A stretch of DNA of 64,000 bases from Takakia lepidozioides (GCA_030704615.1 CM060731.1:93248001-93312000); one strand, 5' to 3'; positions 1 to 13,745 are shown, counted from the first letter of the stretch. Notes: a model not told the origin generated them from the letters alone. Numbers and translations: made by a program.

Positions 1-69
1 CTTTGTCAACTTCATGTCCTCTATCGCCGAGGCCATGTTCTTCTTCCCACCCTCTCCCTTCTTTGTAGT

Positions 70-1372
70 CTATTTCCCCTGCTCCTTTGTTACCCCACTG
101 CCCTCCCCCGCAAGCACACTCACCCCTTCCTCTCCATGGGACTTCTTCTTATTTTTCTTATTTTCCTTCCCCTTCTCCACGACCATCTCCTTCCCCTTCC
201 CCGCTACTTCCTCTCTCTCCTTCTCCCTCTCCCTTCTCTCTCTCTCCTCGGCAGCCCCTTCATTGATGGTAAAAGGGATCTCGGGAGGTCGAGGCCTCTT
301 CTTCTTACCTTTGGTGTTTGGGTCCTTCATGAACACCACGTGCTCTCCCTCATTGGCAACCCCACTGGACTGCACCAATGAGGCCAGCCATGTTGCTGCC
401 TCCTGAAGACAAATAACCCCCCCAAATTCAAAAAAAGAAACAAACAACAAAGAAAATCATGCATGCAAAGGAAAAGACAAAACATGGAACAAGGTGCGAC
501 AGTTGTACCTTTGCAAGCTTGTCCAACTCGCCCCCGGTGTCACCCAATGTGGTAGGAGTCCCCGTTGCCGGATGTGCCCGCGCTATCCCCTCCCGGAGCG
601 CCATTGGAAGTAGATTCCAGATGTGGAGCATAGCCGGCGGCGGCGCCCCGTAGTCTAGGCCCTTCTTTGCTGACCGCTCAGGCTCAGGGGGCGGCGTCGC
701 TGATCGGCTAGGCCACTCCAAACCGACCCATACCTCCCCCCCCCCCCCAAATGCATAGCAAGGTAGAAGCCCTCACCCGGCCTGACTACTTCGAGGCGCT
801 AAGCTATCTCGGCCACTTCATTGGCCTCCTCGTCTCCTCCTCCCTCATCGACAACATTGGGCTAGCAATGACCACTTTCAAAGGCCCTTGAACTTGACGT
901 TGGGCCTTGGCAAGTGCAGCCTTCGCTGCGGAGGAATGGGTAGCTATGGGGGTGACATCCAAAAGTTGCCCATACCGGGCCCCCGAACGGGTGATGTGCT
1001 TGCCAAGGTACATTTCACCCGTCTTGGTGGCCGGGGGTGTGCCCAACTGAGCATTCGGCTCAGCAACAACCTCCCGAATAGGAGAGCTGGCTGAGCCGGC
1101 CCCTGGTGCATCCAAGATGGGGACAAGAGGGGGGGTACTGGCCTCGGGGGCAGACGAGCCCTCCAACTGCGGCTGTCGACGGGGCTGGTAAACCGTGAGA
1201 CACCCTGGCGCGCCACACGTGCCGGTAGAGCAAACGGATTGTCCGCCCTTTTCTTTGGGGCAGGGGACTTCTTCGCTTTCCCCATAAGCTGGCACCTGTC
1301 ATGCAAACCCACAAGTTGGCCTCATTAGGAAACAACCTCTACATTCCAGATCAAAAACAAAAAAAACCAAGC
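70..1372 (-). other. Fragments of an unidentified spliced gene (Lys/Glu- and Pro-rich), possibly a transposon accessory gene
   Basis: Successive minus-strand open segments (804-1295, 510-720, 70-403) separated by AT-rich gaps, one with GT..AG ends (~404-508). No recognisable domain. Confidence 0.3.
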
Positions 1373-3023
1373 ATGTCGGGTGCTGAGAGCAGCAAGTGCT
1401 GGGGGTCTCGAGAGGGGGCAACAAAGAGAAAAGAAAAAGGTTGGGGGGGGGGGGGGATGACTGAGCAGCAGCAGCAGCTGCTGAGCACCACGGGCTCAGT
1501 CACTCCCCCCCACTTTTTTTCTTTTTGTTTCCTGATCTCTCCCTCTCACTCCCTCACTCCCTCACCCTCTATAACTCTTTGGATTTCATCTGGCCTTAAC
1601 CTTTTTAATGCTGGTTATTTGGTTGTTCATCCCAATTCCCTTTTCATCCAAAGCTGGATGAATGTTTTGAAGGATGATGACCCTTACTGTGCAGAAATCT
1701 TGGTTTATCATTTGTTTTCTCCTTTTTTTATCCAAACTGGATGAATTCCATGAATGATGGTGACCTATTTTAATCAAGGAGATAGTAATTTTACCATCAT
1801 AAATGATGGCAGTTATTAAACTTGAGCCTATACCCTAACCCTAAAAGTTACATTTTTAATGGATGTCATCCATTGACAAGTGCATCTCCTGCTAGAATGC
1901 GACTTTTCATCCCCCCCCTGGATGATAAATCGGGGATTTGTGGCCTAAGCGGGTCAACACCTTTCACAACACAGAACTCGTGCTTCAGGGATCCTTGATG
2001 ATGCGCCGTGTAAATCTGCTCCCCAGCTGCTGCATGGTACCCGTGACGGCTGGCTCTTGGGATGCGCATTGGCGGTTATGCAGATTCTTCTCTGGCAGGT
2101 GACAAAGCGATGATTGCTTTGCTCAGACCCTCATGGTTCTTTTTAATCGCAGCGGTGCTTTTACTCCTTGTTGGGAAGTACTCTACCCCTATTTATATAC
2201 AAATTACATATGGCTCTTTCACTTTGTATGAGCTCTTATCTATCTGTGAACCCTTCTACTTCGATTGCGTTCTGTTGGAGACGATCTGTTGGACGCCATG
2301 GCGCAGGGCATACCGCAAACACTCAAGGTCTTTTGACGTTACCCTTGCTTGAATTGTGATCTGTACATGACTCAAATAAGCCATGTCATTGCATGTAATG
2401 CTTGCTTATATGTTTGCAATGCTATGATACCTTCAGGCTGGTTGTTGTTTTAGGAAGGTGACTTATTCAAAAATTGGATTCTAAAACAGTAACCTTTATG
2501 GTCCAGCAAGTAGCCTAGCATGGCAGTTTTAAATACTTTTTCATGGCCTAAACCTGGTCATAATACACCTTGCTAGGTGTAGAGATATTCTTACTTAGAT
2601 AAAACTAAGCAAGAAAGACACTTGCTGCTTGAAGGGCTTGGTTCTGGTGATTATCTCCAGACCTGCAATCTGGTTTCTGAAATGAAGGTACAATCTGCAA
2701 GTATAGGGGTGAATTTTTTATCAAACCATGGTACTTTCATGATATGATTGACCTGAAATTTTGAGTTATTTATTTTTTACCCTGGCAGAGCTGTTTATGA
2801 GGCCCTGGAATACCAATCCAGGCCTGCATATGCCTGAAAAAACTCAACCCCGTTTCTACTTTATGAATCTTGCATGTGTCTTGGCACTGATAGATCAGTT
2901 TCAAGCCAACACAGGATGTCTTTTTAGGAAGATGAATGGCTCAAGAACTGGATTATGTAAGGCTTGACCCATGTCAACAAAAAATGAGGAATCATTATGT
3001 CAACAGGCAAATGCTTAAGACAT

Positions 3024-3667
3024 GCTCCCTCTTGTCGTCCTCAACATGGTCATCCTCCGGCGGAAGCACCTGGAACACTCTCTCCGTCTCTACTTCCCTC
3101 TCCCCGGCTTCACCTCGAACTTGCACAATCCGTGCTCTTTGTGGTGTTCTTTCACCTCCTCTAGTCTCCACCGTATGGGTAATTGCGGGGGCTGCTCCTG
3201 CCCGCGATGGTGTAACCGGTGTGTTACTGCCTCTTTGTGGTGTCTTGGAGGGATCCACCGTCTCTGTGCGTCCCTCGCTTACATGGGCATCTGTCATTTT
3301 GACACCCTTGGCCTCTTCAGTGGCCTTTTCTCTTGCCTCCTGGCTAGCCTTCTGCCTCATCTTTTCTTTTGCCCTCTCACGGGCCTTCTGTTTCTTACTA
3401 GGGGTAGCAACAGGGGAGGCCTCCAGGACGACCACCTTTGATTGAGGCGAACTGACACCCTTGCGCGCCCTGCTCACTCCCCTCTCTGCAGCCCGTGACG
3501 GCTCTCTCGCCGGGGATTGCATGTGCTTGGCTTTCTTCTTCTTCTTTGTGTGGGCGGGCCCTATTGCATGTGCATCAACATCCTCCATTGCCAGATCTGC
3601 TGTCCTCATCCCACGCCCTTCACCTGCCACGCCGCCTGCACCAACCTCCCCAATGCCTATTTTGTCG
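3024..3667 (-). pseudogene. Truncated inverted copy of exon 1 of the ParB-MTase accessory gene
   Basis: ORF 2995-3630 matches the N-terminus of 10835-11455 and 21730-22336. Homology stops abruptly at 3024. Confidence 0.9.
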
Positions 3668-3706
3668 GAGGTTAGCTATTTCATGAGCATGAGCGGCATG
3701 AGCGGA
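3668..3706 (+). repeat. Left terminal inverted repeat with CATGAGC(GG) sub-repeats
   Basis: gaggttagctatttcatgagcatgagcggcatgagcgga; inverted match to 15529-15567. Confidence 0.85.
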
Positions 3707-3919
3707 GTAGTAAGACAATCGGTTTTCATGAGGAGAAGTACAAATTCTGCAAACAAAAAACATTAAAAAAACATTAAATATTATTTTAATGGGATGTGTC
3801 CCCAAAAAAAAAAAAAAAAACCAATATAATATTCATTGTTTGAAGTAGAAATTGTAGTTTTGAGAGCCGTGCTCATGATATTTCGTTTTCTGCTCATGCG
3901 AATTCCGAGCAACATCTGC

Positions 3920-4240
3920 AAAAATGGCACCGAATTTCGCGGTAATATGTTCCCGCAAGCAGAAAAATCGGCGACGTATTGCGCGGTAATAGGTGACTCC
4001 GGCGAAAAATGGTGCCGAATTTCGCGGTTATAGTCCCAACTTCATTGAAGTGTAAGCCCAAAATTTGGAAATGTGGCGTCGAATTTCGGTACATGGTGCC
4101 GGGCATTGCACAAATGTTGGGCAGTTCTGGGCCATGTAACTGGAAATTCGGCACCATTTTTCCATACATCGTCTCCAGACAATGTTGGGACTTAGCCAGT
4201 TTTCGGCCCAAAAAGGGAAATTCGGCGCCATTTTTCCAGA
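3920..4240. repeat. Cluster of degenerate GGAAA-N3-GGCGCC-N3-TTTCC palindromes downstream of the transposase
   Basis: About six copies, e.g. 4142 ggaaattcggcaccattttttcc and ~4217 ggaaattcggcgccatttttcc. Confidence 0.75.
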
Positions 4241-4512
4241 AATGCCCCCTCAACTGCAACTGTTGGAACTCAGTTTTCTGAAAGATTTGCAAATTTTTCT
4301 TGCCGCCATCTTTGTATTGATTCTGTTTCGACATTGAATTGCCACTGGACGTCAACGGATATCCAACAGTCCCTAGTGTTTAAAAGACATCACTTTAATA
4401 TTGTCTGTCTCATTCCAGGAGTTTTGGGGTGCAATTCATTACACTGCAAAACAAAGTCTAATGCATAAAAATGCAATTGCAAATATCCATATGGTGGATT
4501 CCCTTTTCCCCA

Positions 4513-7500
4513 TCAATGATTTCTGGAATCCCGGCGGAGGAGTTTGTGCAGCTCGTTCACGCTCAACGCTGGTGCATGAATAAAGTCATCAATAGTCAAG
4601 TTCATCCTCAACCTCTTCAGGTAAATGTAATACAGATGCTTGCACGGATAATACTTTGACCCCTTCTTTGCTTCCATCAACGAGAAGTCTGTACAATTGC
4701 AAGTCGGCTCCACTCCAATTGTAATTGTGTATATGTCGTCGCGTACAGCTGAGCCGGCCGTTGCCATCCGATAAACACGCCCAAGGCCGGGTGGGGGTAC
4801 GTCCACGGAGCTCTGAATAGTGCAAGTCATCCCAAGAGCATTGGCAATCCGAGTCTCATTCAACTTGTTGGGAGGGTGTCGTCTCTTCACTCTTCCGAAT
4901 CGCATTGTAGGATGTGCAGAATTGTCCAATCCGTCTCCACAGGACGGAGCAGCCTACAATGGCTGGGTGTGAGGAACTGGAAACGAGTGGGCCGGGACGT
5001 CTGTGCGTTGCACCATTCGAAATCCTGTTGCAGAAAGAGCATCCGCCTCATTCTGAGAGAGGTTGCAACCTGGTGCAACAGGCCAGACGCCCGGAGGCTC
5101 CGACATTCCTTGAATCCCGTACTTGGGCTTGCCAAATACACAGGTCATTATGTCATGCCTACAGAACCAAAACGTTTGCGTTGTGGCGTGAGAGAATGTG
5201 GGAGTCAAAAATCTGCCGCTGAAACAAGGTGTAAGTACAGCACCGTGTGGGTTCCTCCGAATCATCTCACCACAGCGTGCTCTCGTATCCACCCGGATGG
5301 CGCAGCACTTCCCTCGAAATGCCGGCAATGTCCTTGCTATTCTCCACTGTGACTCCGACACTCTTGTCTTCACAATGGGTATGTTGTACTGCGTTACTAC
5401 AGATGGCTCGTTATGTTCCTCGGGCACGTGCCCTGTGCTCAAAGGAGATGACGATCTTGAACGTGCAGGACTTGCGGTGCTTGACGAGACCTCCTCGGGC
5501 AACATCATGGGACCACGAGGGAGCGTGCGCATATTCTTGTTAGCTCGCCATGAATCCTCTTCTCCACCAGGTGCCTCGTCAAGTCTTTGTCTCACTGGAC
5601 GGGTGTGAACATCTCCTTCCAAGTGTTGGCCTCTTCGAAGCAATGGCGTGTCCCGAAGGCCCTCTCGCAAGGCTGCCGCCCACTTGCGAGGATTCTTCGA
5701 TCTGGAGGCAGTCCGCATCAGCATTTCCTGCCTGTCCGGCCCTAAGTCCCACTGTTTCCCTTTCAAGAACTCGTTGTACCTGCATTGCTGCATAATTGAC
5801 CTGACAATGTCCTCCATTGCGGTAGTGAGGATGTCCACCAGATGCGCCGCAGAGGAGGCACGCCAGGAAGAATGTACTGATTCGGCCATGTTTGTTGTCG
5901 GCATGTCGGTGTCGGAGTCCAGATACATTTCCTGCACACACATGTTGAGGTTACAAGCAAGTTACAAAGAATGAGTAGCATAATATTCAACGTGACACGA
6001 ATTCGTCCAACTCACCTCCCCCTGCATATAGTCGCCAAACTGGAGGAAACGATAATGCCACCATGCTAGCCAACTGACCATTGCTCCCTCGTCTAATTTC
6101 TTTACAGCACCTGACGTTGTCCACCAAGCCCGTATACATGCAAATTGTGTCTATGCATCATCCAAGGTGGGAGCACGCTTCCACGCAAGACACATGGAAC
6201 GGTGCTCCTCTCTGAAATCTGGCGCCATGAGCCGGGTTGTGTACTGCGACAAGCTCTGCAAAAAATGGAACCCACAAGACCTCTCCTTGCCTTCCATCGG
6301 AACATTGGGTCTTCCCCGTACACCCTTCAGATGGCAGCCCAATTTGCTTGTTCGTTGTCCGCCATGAAACCACGGAAATTGGGAGGGGGCAATCCCGCCC
6401 TGGCCATCTGTTTGTTTATTCCATGCCAAAGAAGCATCTCCGATTGTGTGTCCTCTCCTTTCATCTCACAAATAGCAATTGTCATTAGCATCCTGCAGTG
6501 GGTGTCGTAGACATGTGAGCCATTGTCACCCACTGGTGATTTGTAATTCGCTTGATATGGTCGAACATGACCCAACTGTTTGACAAGTCCCCACTCGTCA
6601 TCCGGTCGACCAGTTCGCGCCGCTGCCAGGCCCACACGTGGACATTTTGAATACAAAACAACGATCTGCCTCAGTCCCTTGTCCTGGAAACCTACTTCCA
6701 TGAATGTAGTCATATCCACATCGTCGCTTCACCTCCAGAATGGAGTGCATATCCGAGCCACGCCTAATTTTCTGTTTGCAGGAGACAATGTGGTTTCGGA
6801 CATTCGGTGAATAGACGTGGGACACTGACTCCAGCAATGCCTCCATTTCCTTCTCATCGAGAGGAACTCTGTCGGAGCCGTCTTCCGACATAATTCTGGC
6901 CAATGCCATCTTATGGGCGGCCTGCAGCTGTATCTGTTTGGGTTTGGCACCAGGTCTCAACCTAACCTCCTCCTGAACGAGCTGCCATGCCTCGTGGGCA
7001 GCCTCCCGCGAGTTCCCCCTCGCCAATTTGTGACAATGGGAAACAACGTGTATGCAAGCTCGTGTGAGGTCAGGGAAACGGTGCAACACATAGAACTGCT
7101 TGGCATTACAAACAGACATGCAATGTGGTGGTTCTTTCCAATGCGCACACTTAAATGTGGAGTTTGGAACCTTCTCCTGAGCTCGAAATGGTTGATGAGC
7201 TGTGCCTGTCCAATCCGTCTCGTTCCTGTGACCTCTGGATTTAAAGTGGAAGCAAGTTGGGGAGAAACACCGCAATGCGCCCGCACAAACAACGTAGCGC
7301 AGCCGCACACCATCGAGCATCTTCATGCTGGTGGTTTTGGTGACACACCAAGGATGGCCGTCATGTTTCCTATCCATATTTGTCAACATTCCGGACGCCC
7401 TCGAATAGTCCGTTCGAGGAGGGAACTCAAAGAAGATATTACCGTCGACGTCTGCGGGAAGGCATGTAATGGATTTAATGGCGAACTTGCTATAGTCCAG

Positions 7501-8093
7501 CCCAGCCAGCTCTTAGCGGTGTCCCTCCATGTGAAGCCCTCGCAGAATTTCAAGAATGGATCGAACTGATGTGTTCGTGCTGGGAATATGACTCCCTCGT
7601 CTGCTGATGTCCATCGAGGACTTGCCTGATCTCCAGGATGATCTCGGAACTTCCATGATCTCGTCGGAGTCGGACAAGTTGTGAACTCGCTCATCTTCAT
7701 TGATGGGTTCGGCTCTAGATTTACTTCGTTGAGGACTTCTCTCTTTGAGGTACCCACTCTCTGATTCGCTGATTGTTTCGTGGAAGACGGCAGGATAGAA
7801 GGAACATTTGGGGGGCAAATGAAGTCCCCAACAACCCTGTATATGACGCAGTCCGATGGTGGAACTCGCCATTCCCTGCCGTCGCCGAAATCATCGTGGA
7901 GCACAACAATACTTTCGACTACAACTCCGTTTGAATCCTTCCTTTCCTCCTCCAAAAATACCGACCCCGGTTTCAGGTGGTATCGAACGCAGAGATATTT
8001 CTCCATCACCCGGAAGATCTCCCCTCTACACGGAAATGTAGCTCTATGCTCGTGAGGAGGGCAGTACACTATAGCGCTCGGGCTTTCTGCCAT
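4513..8093 (-). pseudogene. MULE-type transposase (GCM-like Zn domain, DDE core with CxxH, SWIM finger), frameshifted
   Basis: HDGHPWCVTKT..YVVCAGALRC..C (GCM-like), MFDH, FMADN, CGFH, TTNMAES, CNCTDF..YPCKHL (SWIM). One intron ~5932-6015, several frameshifts, TGA at 6327-6329. Confidence 0.88.
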
Positions 8094-8509
8094 GGGAGTT
8101 GTGCACACAAGACTGCCAGGACGGCGTTCGGACAAGCGCCCTGGGAGAAGGGGGGATGCAGCGAGGGGAAGGAATGCAGGGCCGATTTTTGCAAGCGACG
8201 AAGCCTATTCACGAATCCGGGGAGCCCACTCTCCCGAAAATCCACTATCAGAGAGTTAATGAACCTTGTCTACGGAATGCGGCCCCTGGCCTTTGCGCAA
8301 TAACTGCCAACGGTATGCAGTCAGAAGGTATATGACATGTGCAGATGCGCTGCGCAAACCAATCATTACAGCGTCTGACAAGAAGCGTGGGGGCGCGAGC
8401 GTGCAAGCACCTTCCCCATGGACAGAGGGAACTAACAGAGGTGGCATTCCAGTGGGTCTGATTACAAGATTGAGTGCCAGAACCTCACCGCCAAAGTCAA
8501 CATACAACA

Positions 8510-9920
8510 GCGGCGCCGAATTTGCATCCGAGGCCGGTCGGACGATTTCGTCTCCAGGGTGAGTCGGTCACCTGGCCGACAGAGAACATCACCCGGATGG
8601 AAAAACGGCGCCAAATTCCCATCCGAGGCCCGTTGGATGAAGTCGTCTCGGGGGGAGAGGCCGACACCTGGCCGACTGAGATCATCCCCCGGATGGAAAA
8701 ACGGCGCCGAATTTCCATCGGAGGCCGGCCGGATGAAGTCATTTCGGGGGGAGAGGCCGACACCTGCTCGACAGAGAACATCCCCCGGATGGAAAAACGG
8801 CGCCGAATTTCCATCGGAGGCCAGCCGGATGAAGTCGTTTCGGGGGGAGAGGCCGACACTTGCTCGACATAGAATATCCCCCGGATGGAAAAACGGCGCC
8901 GAATTTCCATCGGAGGCCGACACCTGCTCGACAGAGAACATCCCCCGGATGGAAAAACGACGCCGAATTTCCATCGGAGGCCGACACCTGCTCGACAGAG
9001 AACATCTCCCGGATGGAAAAATGGCGCCGAATTTCCATCGGAGGCCGACACCTGGCCGACAGAGAACATCCCCCGGATGGAAAAATGGCGCCGAATTTCC
9101 ATTGGAGGCCGGCCGGATCAAGTCGTTTTGGGGGGAGAGGCCGACACCTGGTCGACTGAGATCAACCCCCGGATGGAAAAACGGCGCCGAATTTCCATCG
9201 GAGGCCGACACCTGCTCGACAGAGCACATCTCCCGGATGGAAAAACGGCGCCGAATTTCCATCGGAGGTCGACACCTGGCCGACAGACAATATCCCCCGG
9301 ATGGAAAAATGACGCCGAATTTCCATCGGAGGCCGGCCGGATGAAGTCGTTTCAGGGGGAGAGGCCGACACCTGGTCGACTGAGATCATACCCCGGATGG
9401 AAAAACGGCGCCGAATTTCCATCCGTCCACGCTCCGAATTACCTGCAGGATGGAAATTTGGCGCCGAATTTCCATCCGAGGCCCGTAAGATGAAGCCCGT
9501 ATCGGCAGTTCTTCAAGAATTTATAGTCGTTGCATCAAGTTTTTCGCGTTTTTTGTATGGCTACACACTAAACTTAGAGTTTTTTGCCTACATGCCACAT
9601 TTCGCACGTTATTCCCACCATTCTGGTCCGCTAAAGACAAATTCGTTGCCGGTTTTCCATCGATGAGGTGGACCGAATTACCTGCAGGAAGGAAATTCGG
9701 CGCCGGATTTCCATCCGTCCACGCTCCAAATTACCTGCAGGATGGAAATTCGGAGCCGGATTTCCATCCGGCGCCCCTCTGACTTACCTGGCGGATGGAA
9801 ATTTGGCGTCGGATTTCCATTCGGCGTCTCCTGGATGAGAACTGCTGGGGCGGAGGGAGGGCCTCGTTGCGTCACACTTTATCCGCTGGATGGAAATTCG
9901 GCGCCGATTTTTTCCATCCA
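8510..9920. repeat. Central palindrome array with 96-, 64- and 53-bp units
   Basis: GGATGGAAA..GGCGCC..TTTCCATC starts at 8595, 8691, 8787, 8883, 8947, 9011, 9075, 9171, 9235, 9299, 9395, 9448, then 9687, 9740, 9793, 9888. Confidence 0.95.
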
Positions 9921-12900
9921 ACGGGCGATTGACGAAGTCTCGGGGGGATATTCGGTGGGCGCCTGTGACCGACCTCCATACATTAATGGCGCTTTTGGGC
10001 ATTAAATGTCCTCCACCGTCGGTTTTGAACCGGGCTGGCGACACAGGGATTCCGCGGTTTCTTCCCGGATACGCCTTGGAAACCTGATGCTAAACTTGGA
10101 TGAACTTCTATTCGAGGCATGTACACACACATTGGGCGAGATCTTTTTTCTTTTGCCGGGACTTATGCCGCGTGGAGAAGGGCGTGGCTCTCCTGAGAGA
10201 GACCCCACATCCAAACCGCGGCGGAAGCTGAAGGCTTTGTACTACGGGCGACGTCCAACCTCTCGCATGGCCAAACTTAAGCTCTAGCAGGAGATTTCAT
10301 TGTCTTGCTCACAACCCGCGCCAACTGAAGCCGAGCACTCTCAGGCAAGCCACTTCCTCTTTCGCTTTGTGTAACACGTGCGGTTTTTTTCATTTTTTTG
10401 GTTTGTTTCCGCATCTTCAGCCTGGCAGCCCTGGAAGCGCATGGTTGCATCGCAAAAGCAGGAGTTGTTGAGAAGAATGATCAAGGTCAGAGTGGTTAGA
10501 AAGGAGCCAAGTCATTGCTGCATTCAGATTTGCAACAGGGTGCACACCTCGCTGTAGATAACAGGTTGCAGTTCGGAATTAAGGAAATCCATACTGAGCT
10601 GAGAAGATTGTCTGAGCTGAGAAGATTGTCTGAGCAGATGAAGTGGTATGAAGTGGTAGATGAAGTGGTACATCTCCAATCACTCGAGCAGTCACTCCAA
10701 AAGCCGCTACTCATCGCATGTTTGGATCGCCCAACTTGGGGCGGGAGGGCAAACTAAAACCTTTTGTTGGTGGACGGGAGGACCTGCAGCGAGAGTACGA
10801 CAGAATAGGCATTAGGGAGGTTGGTGCAGGCGGCATGGCAGGTGACGGGCATCGGATGAGGACAGCAGATCCGGCAATGGAGGATGTTGATGCACATGCA
10901 GTAGGGCCCGCCCACGCAAAGAAGAAGAAGAAAGCCAAGCTCATGCAATCCCTGGCGAGAGAGCCGTCACGGGCTGCGGAGGGGGGAGTGAGCAGGGCAC
11001 GCGAGGGTGTCAGTTCGCCTCAATCAAAGGTGGTCATCCTCGAGGGCTCCCCTGCTGCTACCCTTAGTAAGAAACAAAAAGCCCATGAGAGGGCAAAAGA
11101 GAGGGCAAAAGAACAGGCGAGACAAAAGGCTAGCCAGGAGGCAAGAGAAAAGGCCACTGAAGAGGCCAGGGGTGTCCAAATGACAGATGCCCATGTAAGC
11201 GAGGGACGCACAGAGACGGTGGATCCCTCCAAGACACCACAAAGAGGCAGTAACACACCGGTTACACCATCGCGGGTAGGAGCAGCCCCCGCAATTACCC
11301 ATACAGTGGAGACTGGAGGAGGGGAAAGAACACCACAAAAAACACGGATTGTGCAAGTTCGAGGTGAAGCCGGGGAGAGGGTAGTAGAGACGGGGAGAGT
11401 GCTCAAGGTGGTTCCGGCGGTGGTTGACCATGTTGAGGACGATGAGAGGGAGCTTTCTGACCAGGATGACATCCTCCCGGACATCCCCAGGCCCCAAACC
11501 CGGAGCATACAGGCTGGATTTGGCGGTCCGGGTGGGCTGCCGGAGAACCCCCCTGCAACAGACATCATGTCGGAGGCGGATATGAAGTTTGCCACTGCCA
11601 AGATGTTGGAGGCAACCCACAACAACATTGGCAGGGTCCTGGGGGGCATGGTGTACCCGGCCAAGCTTCGGATTCCCCTTTGCCGCTTGGTTTCATTGCA
11701 GGTGGTCAGACCTGCCCTCCCAGGCGATATTGACAAGCTGAAATTCTCTTTCCGGGAGGGATATCGAATGGGGTCTGCCGCATTTTACGTTTCCATGGAG
11801 AACGACCACGGAGCTTCTCGTGCCCACACTTCCGATGAGGTGGACAAATGGGGTCCCCATTGGCAAAGGGAGGAGTTCGAGAGATTGATTGCTACTGATC
11901 CTCTTTTCCAGCACTTGTCCGGAAAGATGTTTTACGTGTGGGACGGCAATCATCGCCTCCTGGCATGGATGGAGTACATAGCCCAAGCCCACCCCAACGA
12001 CCTGGATTGGCATTTCGCCGTGGAGTGTGTTGTGCTCAAGGTTGCGGGGCCCAAAGATCGCAGTCTTCTCAAAGCGGCAATGGCAGACATCAACTCGTAA
12101 GTTACAATGCTTCTTGCTTTGGAACTTTGAATTTGAAACTGACATTTCATTGCCAATCGTCATATTTGTTGCAAATTATCATTTCTGTATTGTTTAATGG
12201 AAATGTGGCATTGCAAGGTAACTGAGAATGCCTTCATTGCCACCAACTTGTCCCATATGCTCTTTCCGAGTGAAGGATGTCGGGAAGCAGGGGGTGCAAG
12301 AGTTTGCCAATTCGCTCAGTGCCGACCTCCTGCACAAGTCGGAGGCAAAGGCACACAGAACCTGATATAGGCTGAGCATGGATGCCATGGTGGATTACTT
12401 ATTTTGGGTAAAGCTCCTCACTGTTTGTTGAGCTAATCTGTCTCTCCTCCCCCAATAGAAGAAAAAGTGTTGAGCAGGATCTCTAATCTTATGTGCGCAT
12501 TCTTGACAGACGAAAATTCAGCAGGATTTGGCACATGCGCGGAGGTTCTACATGGAGTTAGAGGAGAAGAAACTAACCCTTCCGGCACTGGAATCGTATC
12601 TCAAAGCTGCGGAGGCGATGGCCCGCATCAAGTACAAGTCGCGAATGGTAAAGTACGCGGCCATAGCTGATCCCGCCCTTGGTGCCGATTTTTTGGTGGA
12701 GGTGGGGAAGCACTTCTCCCGCGCTCTGAAGCCCACAATGACATTGGAGAAGCTGCATCGTCTAGCCATATCATGTGTGGATGCAACAGAAAAGGTTATA
12801 CATTCTTAACCAAATTGTCGTGGCAGCAATTCATTTTTGTGGTGTTTGGCGCTTACTAATATGTTGGGTGGTTGGACAGACCCGGTGGCTCCAAATCTAG

Positions 12901-13237
12901 AATGGTTCCCAAAGTACAAGGGACATGTGGACAGGTGACGACGAATGCGCAAGAGCAGCTTGACACACAAGCACATCAGTTCAAGCTGGAGATTTTTGGC
13001 GAAGCAGAGAGCCTACGCGACTATGTGACGAGGTATTTTCTGCTCTACAAAACCGACCTATTCTTTCGAGAGATACCCCATGCCCGCCGGAGCCACGAGT
13101 TCACCGACCAGCCAAACGCGGACAAAGCGGCAATGCGCCTTCTGTACAGGTACATACGCTGTGCCTTTTTTTTTAGTCCTAACATTTCCAGGATGTAAGA
13201 GGCCCTATGTGGCGCATGAAAATTAGTTGTGGTCCTA

Positions 13238-13745
13238 GGAAAAATGGCGCCGAATTTCCGAATTCGGGCCCTGGGGGATGGTTGTCCAGGGGGTGCGTGG
13301 CACTCAGTCCGGAAATTCGGTGCCATTTTTCCAGGTTCAAGCCCAGTGAGATCTGGGACTTAGCCATTCTCAGCCCCAACCTGGGAAAATGGCGCCAAAT
13401 TTCTAGTTGAGGGCCCCGAAAATGGCTAGGTCCCTGGGGTGGCTGGCACCGAATCCGGAAATTCGGCGCCATTTTTCCAGATCAGGGCAAAGTCAGCTCT
13501 GGGACTTAGCCATTTTCAGGCCCAACCAGGGAAAATGGCGCCGAATTTCCAGTGAACGGCCCCGAAAATGGCTAAGTCCCTTTGGAGGCAGGCACCGAAA
13601 CCGGAAATTCGGCGCCATTTTTCCAGTTCCGGGCCCAGTGAGTTCTGGGACTTAGGCATATTCGGTCCCAACCTGGGAAAATGACGCCGGTTTTCCAGTG
13701 CACGGTCCCTAGTGTGGCAGGCACCGAAACCGGAATTTCCAGTTT
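13238..13745. repeat. Intronic 146-bp tandem repeat with two oppositely oriented palindromes per unit
   Basis: ggaaattcgg at 13311, 13457, 13603; lies after splice donor 13150. Confidence 0.9.

Noticed and set aside
1832-1845. Telomere-like accctaaccctaaa
   Set aside because: Only two units; compatible with a telo-box or chance.
8462-9493. Long repetitive ORFs on both strands (also 16729-17992)
   Set aside because: They are by-products of GC-rich tandem repeats, open in several frames, and differ between the two copies.
8510-9920. CRISPR-like appearance of palindromic repeats with spacers
   Set aside because: The intervening sequences are themselves repeated rather than unique, there are no cas genes, and the context is eukaryotic.
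10718-12100. Bacterial contamination suggested by the ParB motif
   Set aside because: The gene has GT-AG introns with branch points, lies between TIRs and is interleaved with plant retroelements.
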